DNA from: a virus
Lineage: Duplodnaviria; Caudoviricetes
Virus record (IMG/VR): IMGVR_UViG_3300012979_000027
Span: 1-64,000 of that record
Direction: 5' to 3' (one strand)
DNA length: 64,000 bases
How positions within the stretch are numbered: the first letter of the stretch is position 1; every line of letters starts with the position of its first letter. Shown piece by piece: positions 1 through 6,773 of this stretch. The notes under the pieces are model-generated. The model did no database searches. It was not told the origin of the DNA and saw only the letters and a list, made by a program, of their open reading frames with translations. A program made the position numbers and the translations under genes.

Positions 1-368
1 CATCAGGAATCTCACCTGAAACTCTTTGATGTGCTAGCCGATTTTTAGCGCGAGGACTAATCGACTAAACCTCGGGTCTCTTACACATTTCTGCCAGGTG
101 GAGCCCGACCTGTATTTCAACGTGCCACGTTCGCACGATTAGTTATTATGTTATTGGTCCTTCGACCTCACCAGCATAACGCGTCTTGGTGCGCCCTATT
201 TTAGACTTAGGAGACAGATAAAGAAATCACAGGTATAGGTTAGGATTTCCATGATTAATTTTTATCGCGCATATCCAGCGCTGTTCCGACGTGGTTTCTT
301 CCTTGCTCATTGTACTTCTGAGGAAGTGGTGGCCGGTCCCACCGATTTGTACCAGTTGCTTGGTACAG
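1..368 (-). ncRNA. Candidate large structured ncRNA (3' part runs off the window)
   Basis: No ORF, GC above flanks, many hairpins; CAGAAC-N5-TATTAT promoter-like motif at 372-389. Confidence 0.55.
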
Positions 369-434
369 TTTAATAATATCTTTGTTCTGATTCAGATGAC
401 AAGCATCCTTCATCTTTGACATATTTTCAGTAAT

Positions 435-465
435 AAAAAACAGCAGGATTTTTGGTCCTGCCGTT
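435..465 (-). terminator. Intrinsic terminator with a possible alternative pairing
   Basis: CGGCAGGAccaaaaaTCCTGCTG followed by a T-tract on the minus strand. Confidence 0.6.
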
Positions 466-578
466 AGTGTTATGAAAATCTACTAGATAAAAAGAATCAA
501 CTAAACGGCAGGGGCTGTCGCTTTAAAAACCATTTAATTGTTCTTTTTATTGTCATCAAATATATTTACTAACCGTAA

Positions 579-1151
579 TTAAAATAATCCGAAAAATCTT
601 TTCTTTTTCTTTGGTGTTTCCTTCTGAGTTACGACTTTTTCAGATTCAAAAGAATTATCATCTGCATCTTCACTTGGATTACAAGCATCAAAAAGCGCTT
701 GATTAAACCATTCGGTCTTCTCTTCATCATCACTTAAATTCGGACATTTAATACCAAGTTTTTTAAGTACATAATAAGCAATAGGTCCTGCTTCATCAAT
801 AGGGTCATCGCTCCACCATGGTGTTAAACCGCCTTTAGAAAATTCAGTCTTAAGTCGTTGAAGTGTGTCCTGATCTCTATCATAACTTTCTCCACCACAC
901 CAATATTTAAAAATAGCAGTAGCGAGAAGAGGGGCGATTTTTTCATTAGGTATATTATCTATTTCAGGAAAAGCTTCTTTTATATCATTAATATCATATT
1001 CACATCCACTAGAGTTAATATAAGAAGACTTTAACCACCCGCTACAAGATTCTTTACTTGGCGAATGATATGCTCTATCTGTCTCATCATAATCATAACC
1101 AAGATAAGATTCTTCTATCTGAGTTATTAATCTATCTATTTCTTTAGACAT
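579..1151 (-). CDS. Acidic hypothetical protein, possibly head-packaged
   Basis: 190-aa ORF; N-terminus IDRLITQIEE resembles VDRLITLILNE of the gene at 14133. Confidence 0.75.
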   Translation of the reverse strand: MSKEIDRLITQIEESYLGYDYDETDRAYHSPSKESCSGWLKSSYINSSGCEYDINDIKEAFPEIDNIPNEKIAPLLATAIFKYWCGGESYDRDQDTLQRLKTEFSKGGLTPWWSDDPIDEAGPIAYYVLKKLGIKCPNLSDDEEKTEWFNQALFDACNPSEDADDNSFESEKVVTQKETPKKKKRFFGLF

Positions 1152-1166
1152 ATAATTTATTTAAAC

Positions 1167-1200
1167 AAAAAATCACCAGCCAAAACTGGTGATTTTTTTT
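1167..1200. terminator. Bidirectional intrinsic terminator
   Basis: AAAAAATCACCAG-ccaaaa-CTGGTGATTTTTT. Confidence 0.8.
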
Positions 1201-1226
1201 AATTATGAAAATAAGAAAACTAAAAC

Positions 1227-1285
1227 ACGATACTTATTTTTGGATTCACTTTGCAGGTGAGTAAAAATTTTGCTGTATGTATCGT
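1227..1285 (-). ncRNA. CATACAGCAA-scaffold RNA with Cys-type anticodon loop
   Basis: Closing stem ACGATAC/GTATCGT; inner hairpin TCAC-CTGCAAA-GTGA. Confidence 0.65.
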
Positions 1286-1288
1286 TAG

Positions 1289-1363
1289 TACCCGCAGTTT
1301 GATTCGAACAAACGACCTCCATCTTGTAAGGATGGCACTCTAGGCCAACTGAGTTATACGGGC
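1289..1363 (-). tRNA. tRNA-Val(TAC)
   Basis: Cloverleaf; anticodon arm CCATC-CTTACAA-GATGG. Confidence 0.9.
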
Positions 1364-1370
1364 ATAAACT

Positions 1371-1428
1371 AGGCACCTTAACCATTCTGTTTAAAAGACA
1401 GGAGTTTATATAATTGCTGTATGTGCCT
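1371..1428 (-). ncRNA. CATACAGCAA-scaffold RNA with Lys-type anticodon loop
   Basis: Closing stem AGGCAC/GTGCCT; inner hairpin CTGT-CTTTTAA-ACAG. Confidence 0.65.
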
Positions 1429-1478
1429 TCTAACTTCAGCTTCCACTGTTTAATCGACAGGTGCTGTGTGTTAGTGAG

Positions 1479-1561
1479 TACGGAGAACAGGACTTGAACC
1501 TGCACGAAGTTTCCTTCATAACGTCCTTAGCGTTACGTGTCTACCATTCCACCATCTCCGC
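1479..1561 (-). tRNA. tRNA-Leu(AAG)
   Basis: Long variable arm; anticodon arm TAACG-CTAAGGA-CGTTA. Confidence 0.85.
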
Positions 1562-1571
1562 ATCTGAGTTA

Positions 1572-1748
1572 TTTATCGACCATACCCTATAACTAGTTTT
1601 ATCCGGTTATAAGACGCTCATTACTGTCGCCATGGACGTAATCAACGGATTACGCTCCCCATGGATATGTGTAGTTTTTCTAAACAATCATGTTCGCCTC
1701 AGCTACCAAAGCACCTGCATTCTCACAGGCTTAGTTGCAACACTGTAA
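1572..1748 (-). ncRNA. Candidate structured ncRNA, ~175 nt
   Basis: Hairpins (CCATGG..CGTAATC/GATTACG..CCATGG; TATAAC/GTTATA), no ORF, CAGAAC-N5-TAAATA motif at 1752-1769. Confidence 0.4.
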
Positions 1749-1785
1749 AATTTATTTAATGTTGTTCTGATTTAAATTTTAGTAG

Positions 1786-1858
1786 AGCCGTCGGCGGGAC
1801 TTGCACCCGCACAAGAGAGTCGGAATTCCTCTATTCTAACTACTTAAATTACAACGAC
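1786..1858 (-). tRNA. tRNA-Gly(TCC), atypical T-loop TGCAAGT
   Basis: Cloverleaf; anticodon loop ATTCCGA. Confidence 0.7.
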
Positions 1859-1865
1859 TTATGAA

Positions 1866-1938
1866 TACGGATGACTGGAATCGAACCAGCTAAATGCTCC
1901 TTGGAAGGGAGATGCAACAACCATTATGCGCCATCCGT
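1866..1938 (-). tRNA. tRNA-Gly(TCC)
   Basis: Cloverleaf; CTCC-CTTCCAA-GGAG; T-loop TTCGATT. Confidence 0.8.
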
Positions 1939-1965
1939 ATTATGCTAGTATTTACACTAGCATTT

Positions 1966-2187
1966 TTATTGAAGTTTATTACCGTCTGCATCATGCGTTA
2001 CGAAAATAGCTTCACACACATTAAGCACAAACATAAACCAACTAAGCCAACCAAAAGTAACAAGTGTCAATATAAGCTGACAAATACCTCTAAAATTATG
2101 GCCAGCATAGAAATTATGAATACCAATTTGCCCAAGCACAATAGCAAGAAGGACAAACAACCATCGCCTACGTTCTAAATTATCCAT
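1966..2187 (-). CDS. TM2-domain membrane protein
   Basis: LLAIVLGQIGIHNFYAG...GICQLILT matches the TM2 signature. Confidence 0.85.
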   Translation of the reverse strand: MDNLERRRWLFVLLAIVLGQIGIHNFYAGHNFRGICQLILTLVTFGWLSWFMFVLNVCEAIFVTHDADGNKLQ

Positions 2188-2641
2188 GATTTATATCTAA
2201 TTGTATATCCTTGTTCTGGGGATTATCTAAGTTAATTCTCATTTCAGTAGGCATTTCCTCTACTTTAACTCTATTATTGCAAGAGATTCCACAACAAATA
2301 GCTGAAGCAAAAAGCGCTATAAAAGCAGAAGCAGCAATACTAAAACCCAAATAATTATTAGAAGATTTATTTTCTCTTTCCGCTTTAAGATTTTCTACCT
2401 CTCTTTCTAAAGCATCATACTTATTTTGAAGACTAATAATATTATCTCCGTAAGAACCAATGGGATAACAATACTCACTAAGGTTATCTATTTTGTTCTT
2501 TAACTTTTTTTCTACATTTTCAATATCATCCTTTAATTTTTCAAAATGATATAACTTATCGTGAATTTTATCAACTGCTTCATAAAGCTTAGTCATATCA
2601 CCATAAAGGTTATAAACGCTATCATATAGGTCTTTATCCAT
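2180..2641 (-). CDS. Coiled-coil protein with C-terminal TM helix
   Basis: ORF; C-terminal DNPQNKDI shared with 2680..3495. Confidence 0.8.
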   Translation of the reverse strand: MDKDLYDSVYNLYGDMTKLYEAVDKIHDKLYHFEKLKDDIENVEKKLKNKIDNLSEYCYPIGSYGDNIISLQNKYDALEREVENLKAERENKSSNNYLGFSIAASAFIALFASAICCGISCNNRVKVEEMPTEMRINLDNPQNKDIQLDINHG

Positions 2642-2679
2642 AATTCTAATTTAAGTGTATTTTCTCTCGAAAATAATTT

Positions 2680-3495
2680 TTAATTATTAACTTGTAAATC
2701 TATATCTTTATTTTGTGGGTTATCAACAGTAATACCGACCTGTTCAACCGTTTCATGCGAAGATACACTATTAGTATTTCTAGTTGTTTCAGTAATAAAA
2801 AAACCTGTCATAATAACTGCCCAAGTTAAACATATAAAAACCAAAGGCAATAAAATTCCAATAACAGTCTTATCTCGCGGAATTCCTCGACATCTATCCT
2901 CAAGATGATTAATCTTTATTTTCAAAGCGTCAGTAAGAGATTCATAATAATCTTTAGCTCTCTTAGAATCTTTGATAGTTTTTTTAGTAGAATCCCACAC
3001 TGATTTTTCTACCCATACTAAATCAGGCTTATGAAGCTTATCTTTTTCCTCGCGTAACTTAAGAATTACTTCCTGATAAAAGAACATCGAAAAGCGTTCT
3101 TCAAGAGATGCACATTTAGATAAAAAGTCACAAACTGAAGGAAAATCAACCTTTTTTACATATTCCTTATATTCGTTACATATAGTAAAATCTATACTTT
3201 TACCCCAAATATACGGTTTTTTCGAAAGACATTGCCAAATTGCTTTAGTAACCGGACCAAATCTTGCATCATCTATTTCAATAAAATGAAGAGCAAAATT
3301 TACAAGTTCAGGCGAAGATTGAAAAAATGCTAAAAAATGTCGAGCTGTTGGTTTTGTCCAAAGTGAGTCTCCATTGTAATCTACAACAAACGGGTCACCG
3401 TTAGTCCATTTAATATAGGCATTCGCTATAATAGCACCGAGTTTATCATTTGATGTTTTATTTTCATCAAATGTATCATCAGAAAATACAATCAT
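2680..3495 (-). CDS. Membrane-anchored hypothetical protein
   Basis: 271-aa ORF, TM helix, DNPQNKDI tail. Confidence 0.8.
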   Translation of the reverse strand: MIVFSDDTFDENKTSNDKLGAIIANAYIKWTNGDPFVVDYNGDSLWTKPTARHFLAFFQSSPELVNFALHFIEIDDARFGPVTKAIWQCLSKKPYIWGKSIDFTICNEYKEYVKKVDFPSVCDFLSKCASLEERFSMFFYQEVILKLREEKDKLHKPDLVWVEKSVWDSTKKTIKDSKRAKDYYESLTDALKIKINHLEDRCRGIPRDKTVIGILLPLVFICLTWAVIMTGFFITETTRNTNSVSSHETVEQVGITVDNPQNKDIDLQVNN

Positions 3496-3501
3496 ATAAA
3501 A

Positions 3502-3792
3502 TTAAAAACAAATAATTATAATACAAAGAATAAGAGTAATAATAGTAACAGTGACTCCAAGTATAGGAATAATGGGTCTTTGAGTATAGCAATTCCAAAT
3601 ATAATTTAAACCAATATTAATTGCACTTAAAATGAATAAAATACTAATTATAATTTGAGATTTAACAAATGTAATTATTGCTAAAGAAAGAAAACATATT
3701 AATCCCAAAATTAGCATCGGAAGAGACTTTGGGTCTAAAATAAAGCTTAACCCATCAACAAATCCCTTTAAAAAAGCTTTAATATAATTCAT
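3502..3792 (-). CDS. Small multi-TM membrane protein
   Basis: Hydrophobic ORF directly behind an ACAGAAC promoter cassette (3793-3816). Confidence 0.75.
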   Translation of the reverse strand: MNYIKAFLKGFVDGLSFILDPKSLPMLILGLICFLSLAIITFVKSQIIISILFILSAINIGLNYIWNCYTQRPIIPILGVTVTIITLILCIIIICF

Positions 3793-3830
3793 AAAAATTA
3801 TATAAACTAGTTCTGTTTAATTTAAAGACA

Positions 3831-3916
3831 CGGGTCTCTGAGGTCCCGACCCCCATGCCATTGCTGGCACACGCCGCTTTCCAAGCGGGTATCGATGCCC
3901 ATCGATTTAAAGACCC
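3831..3916 (-). tRNA. tRNA-Ser(GGA), 8/4 fold
   Basis: 8-bp acceptor GGGTCTTT/AGAGACCC, 6-bp D stem with 4-nt loop, long variable arm, 4-bp T stem. Confidence 0.8.
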
Positions 3917-3922
3917 AAAATA

Positions 3923-4008
3923 CGGGTTGCTGAGGTGCCGCCCCCCAATGGTTTCACCCATCCACCTGTTTTCAAGACAGAGGTCGGAGCTGTCCGACGT
4001 AACAACCC
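3923..4008 (-). tRNA. tRNA-Ser(TGA), 8/4 fold
   Basis: 8-bp acceptor GGGTTGTT/AGCAACCC, D stem GTCGGA/TCCGAC, loop CTTGAAA. Confidence 0.8.
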
Positions 4009-4057
4009 AAAGTTAAGCTAGACTTAATTATCTGCTCTGCCACCTTTCCTAATTCCA

Positions 4058-4131
4058 AGGCTCGAGTTGGATTTGAACCAACGAATGTCGATTTTGCAAA
4101 CCGATGCCTTAAACCACTTGGCCATCGAGCC
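4058..4131 (-). tRNA. tRNA-Cys(GCA)
   Basis: Canonical cloverleaf, U73. Confidence 0.9.
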
Positions 4132-4242
4132 GTTAATACTTATTACTTACCTTAGTTCTGATTATAATAAAAGTAATTAACAATTCATGGAAAATGTATA
4201 ACTTAATATCATCTATCGTTCATTATGAATATATTTATTATT

Positions 4243-4278
4243 AAAAAAAAAAGATTCAGGAACCACCCTGAATCTTTA
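4243..4278 (-). terminator. Intrinsic terminator
   Basis: AAAGATTCAGG/CCTGAATCTTT plus T-tract. Confidence 0.75.
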
Positions 4279-4337
4279 ACAACCAAAAACCATGACGTTT
4301 CCGCCACAAATAACCAAAATATATTTATCAAAAATTT

Positions 4338-4943
4338 TTAATTATAACGATAATTTATTGTATTATCTACACCGACACCTGAAACGGAAGTATCAGATTT
4401 AATAGAATAAAGAGAAATATACTTATGATACTTTACTCTTGCTCTTTGTGTGGCAGCTTCTTTATCATCACCTTCAGCAAGTGCTTTCTTATATTCAATC
4501 TTAGCAGAACGATTAGCCATTTTTTTACAAACTTCTGCATATTCAGTTAAATCGCAATCTCTTGCACCAATTTCATTAATAATATTAGCTGAAGTTTTAT
4601 GCCAAGAAAAATTACTATCATCTCCTAATTCATTTTCAAGATAATCATGAACTTTATCAGAAGCATCTTGAAGATTTGCAGAAGAAGGAAGTTTTCCAAA
4701 AACTACATAACCATCTTCTTGAAGAATTGCAATAAAACGCATCGCTTTTTTAGCATGGCTAATTGGCGTAGTAAATGCATTTTCATTAGGAACTTTTATT
4801 TTTGCTCCAGTCTTGGGGTCTGTCTTTAACATCCAATATCCAGGACCACCAAAATTAGGAATACCGCCTGCAAGATAATCTCTCATAGCGATACCATTCA
4901 TATCCATCGCTTCTGTTAAAAAATATTCTTTAAAACTTTGCAT
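4338..4943 (-). CDS. Probable internal head protein
   Basis: N-terminus MQSFKEYFLTE resembles T4 capsid-targeting peptides; TAAATA upstream. Confidence 0.65.
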   Translation of the reverse strand: MQSFKEYFLTEAMDMNGIAMRDYLAGGIPNFGGPGYWMLKTDPKTGAKIKVPNENAFTTPISHAKKAMRFIAILQEDGYVVFGKLPSSANLQDASDKVHDYLENELGDDSNFSWHKTSANIINEIGARDCDLTEYAEVCKKMANRSAKIEYKKALAEGDDKEAATQRARVKYHKYISLYSIKSDTSVSGVGVDNTINYRYN

Positions 4944-4966
4944 AATATGAATTTATTTAACAAGAC

Positions 4967-5054
4967 CAGAGACTAATGGAGTCGAACCATTTCGGGTCTC
5001 TTAAACCCGCCTATCGGTTAGCAACCGAAGCCCTTACCGTTCGGGCAAGTCTCC
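4967..5054 (-). tRNA. tRNA-Ser(GCT)
   Basis: Long variable arm; TCGG-TTGCTAA-CCGA. Confidence 0.85.
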
Positions 5055-5060
5055 AAAAAC

Positions 5061-5169
5061 AAGATTCATTTATTGTCAGATTATAAGTCTGATGCTTAAC
5101 CATTAAGCGTAATAGTCAAATACTATTCTTGGAATCGAACCAAGTTCAATGGATTGCTGTAGGAATCTT
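5061..5169 (-). ncRNA. CCTACAGCAA-scaffold RNA enclosing a circularly permuted tRNA (anticodon TAT)
   Basis: Order is T arm, loop-closed acceptor stem, D arm, anticodon arm TCAGA-CTTATAA-TCTGA, inside stem AAGATTC/GAATCTT. Confidence 0.75.
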
Positions 5170-5205
5170 TTTAAATTATGTATAACTGCTTGATTATCAA
5201 GCATA

Positions 5206-5278
5206 TGGAGAAAATCGGACTTGAACCGACAGTCATCTGCTTGCAGGGCAGGTGCTTTACCAATTAAGCTATTTCCCC
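5206..5278 (-). tRNA. tRNA-Ala(TGC)
   Basis: G3:U70 pair; anticodon loop CCTGCAA (C33). Confidence 0.85.
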
Positions 5279-5284
5279 AAAATC

Positions 5285-5360
5285 TAGACGCGTATTTTAG
5301 TAGGCCATACCAAGCCCAAATATATGTTCAGTATATTATATAGTTTGCAGTATGCGTCTA
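5285..5360 (-). ncRNA. CATACTGCAA-scaffold RNA, inner hairpin ambiguous
   Basis: Stem TAGACGC/GCGTCTA; inner TGGGC-TTGGTATG-GCCTA. Confidence 0.55.
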
Positions 5361-5380
5361 AGAACTATTTACTTACTGCT

Positions 5381-5614
5381 TTATTTAGCAGTTGATGATT
5401 TTATATTATTAATGTTCTGATGCCAAGCAGAGTCAAATAAATGAGTATAACCTATTGTTGAACCTGCTAAAATACTTATTATTAAACAAAAAGGAATAAT
5501 AAGACTCGAATCTTTACATATTTCAATAATTCCCGCAATCAAAAATAAAATAAATCCTATCGCTGATATACAGGCCATCACTGCAAAAAGAAACATAAAA
5601 ATAAAACTTAACAT
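5381..5614 (-). CDS. Small membrane protein
   Basis: Hydrophobic ORF in an operon. Confidence 0.7.
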   Translation of the reverse strand: MLSFIFMFLFAVMACISAIGFILFLIAGIIEICKDSSLIIPFCLIISILAGSTIGYTHLFDSAWHQNINNIKSSTAK

Positions 5615-5615
5615 A

Positions 5616-6011
5616 TTAAGACTTTATCCTTTCTAAGAATTTATCATACTCATTATAGACATTAAAGTCATGCCATTCTTCACCATCCCAGTAGGAAATG
5701 TACTCAGGAAAATCAAAACACTTACCGCGAAGGTCCCCATAACTAAACTCCCAAGAATCTACTATATTACAGAAATAATCTTCGTCATACCAATTGATAG
5801 AAGGATTTATAGAATCATCCTCAAATGAACTGATGCCATGGCCCTGTCCATTATCACCACCTTCGGTCAAATACTTGAAAAAATCATGAACTTTTTCTTT
5901 TGAAAATAGATTTTCTCGAAGCCATTTAGTATTAGCATAACCATCATACTTACTTTGGCCATACTTAATCTTACTATCTACTTTACCTACAATAAGTGCT
6001 CGCGTACTCAT
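5616..6011 (-). CDS. Hypothetical phage protein
   Basis: 131-aa ORF, tightly packed. Confidence 0.8.
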   Translation of the reverse strand: MSTRALIVGKVDSKIKYGQSKYDGYANTKWLRENLFSKEKVHDFFKYLTEGGDNGQGHGISSFEDDSINPSINWYDEDYFCNIVDSWEFSYGDLRGKCFDFPEYISYWDGEEWHDFNVYNEYDKFLERIKS

Positions 6012-6389
6012 TTAATTGCTTTCTCTATGAATTATGTTATCATTATGAATAAAATCAGAATCGACACGAATTTCCTGAGGAACTTTATACTGAATAACCT
6101 TTGCTGGAGGTTCAGAATTTTTTGTATTTATACTCGTTTTATAAACATTCCCCATAAGTGGACCCCAAACCAGATACATAACCCCCGGAATACCTACAAT
6201 AATAAGTGTAGAAATCATTAATCCTGCTATAAAAACAAAATATGCAGAAAAATAATTTTTAAGGTCTAAATCACCCTTTATTTCCCTAACCCAAGAAGGA
6301 ACACAATTAATAATATAATAAAACCAAAATCCAATACCGAGTAGAGAAATAAAGAAAAATAAAATGCAGAATATAATAAAAATAGTCAT
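6012..6389 (-). CDS. Membrane protein with VP..V C-terminal motif
   Basis: Two TM segments; tail KVPQEIRVDSDFIHND resembles that of 15642..16004. Confidence 0.75.
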   Translation of the reverse strand: MTIFIIFCILFFFISLLGIGFWFYYIINCVPSWVREIKGDLDLKNYFSAYFVFIAGLMISTLIIVGIPGVMYLVWGPLMGNVYKTSINTKNSEPPAKVIQYKVPQEIRVDSDFIHNDNIIHRESN

Positions 6390-6390
6390 A

Positions 6391-6651
6391 TTATTTTGTA
6401 GGAACTATTTCAAAATTAGTAATAGCTGTATATGAACAAGAATTCTTAAAATAAAGAACGCCATCTACAATTTCAAATCCGTCTTTCATTACAAAAATAC
6501 GTTCTCTAGATTTTTCTCGAGGAATATAAATTTTATAATCATATTTTTCATTTAACATATTTTCATGTTGAATACTATCATATATCAGATAAGATATGCC
6601 AAGAACAATTAATCCCGCAATAACAATCCAAGTTTTTGTAAATATATCCAT
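6391..6651 (-). CDS. N-terminally anchored small protein
   Basis: ORF with TM N-terminus. Confidence 0.7.
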   Translation of the reverse strand: MDIFTKTWIVIAGLIVLGISYLIYDSIQHENMLNEKYDYKIYIPREKSRERIFVMKDGFEIVDGVLYFKNSCSYTAITNFEIVPTK

Positions 6652-6715
6652 TTTTAATTTCTAATATTATTATAAAATAATTTTTAAAATTGTTCTGTTA
6701 TCATTTAAAGTAAAA

Positions 6716-6750
6716 ATAAAAAGAGTAAGCTCTTTACGAACTTACTCTTT
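6716..6750 (-). terminator. Terminator after the major capsid gene
   Basis: AAAGAGTAAG/CTTACTCTTT plus T-tract. Confidence 0.7.
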
Positions 6751-6773
6751 GAAAATTAGTTAATTACGTTAAC

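Noticed and set aside
1431-1474. Sixth scaffold-like element (ACACACAGCA...CTGT-CGATTAA-ACAG)
   Set aside because: The motif is degenerate and the loop lacks U33; too weak to call.
1203-1505. ORFs 1203..1505, 3779..3961, 30614..30880 and 32994..33548
   Set aside because: They overlap tRNAs or structured RNA and have no protein-like features.
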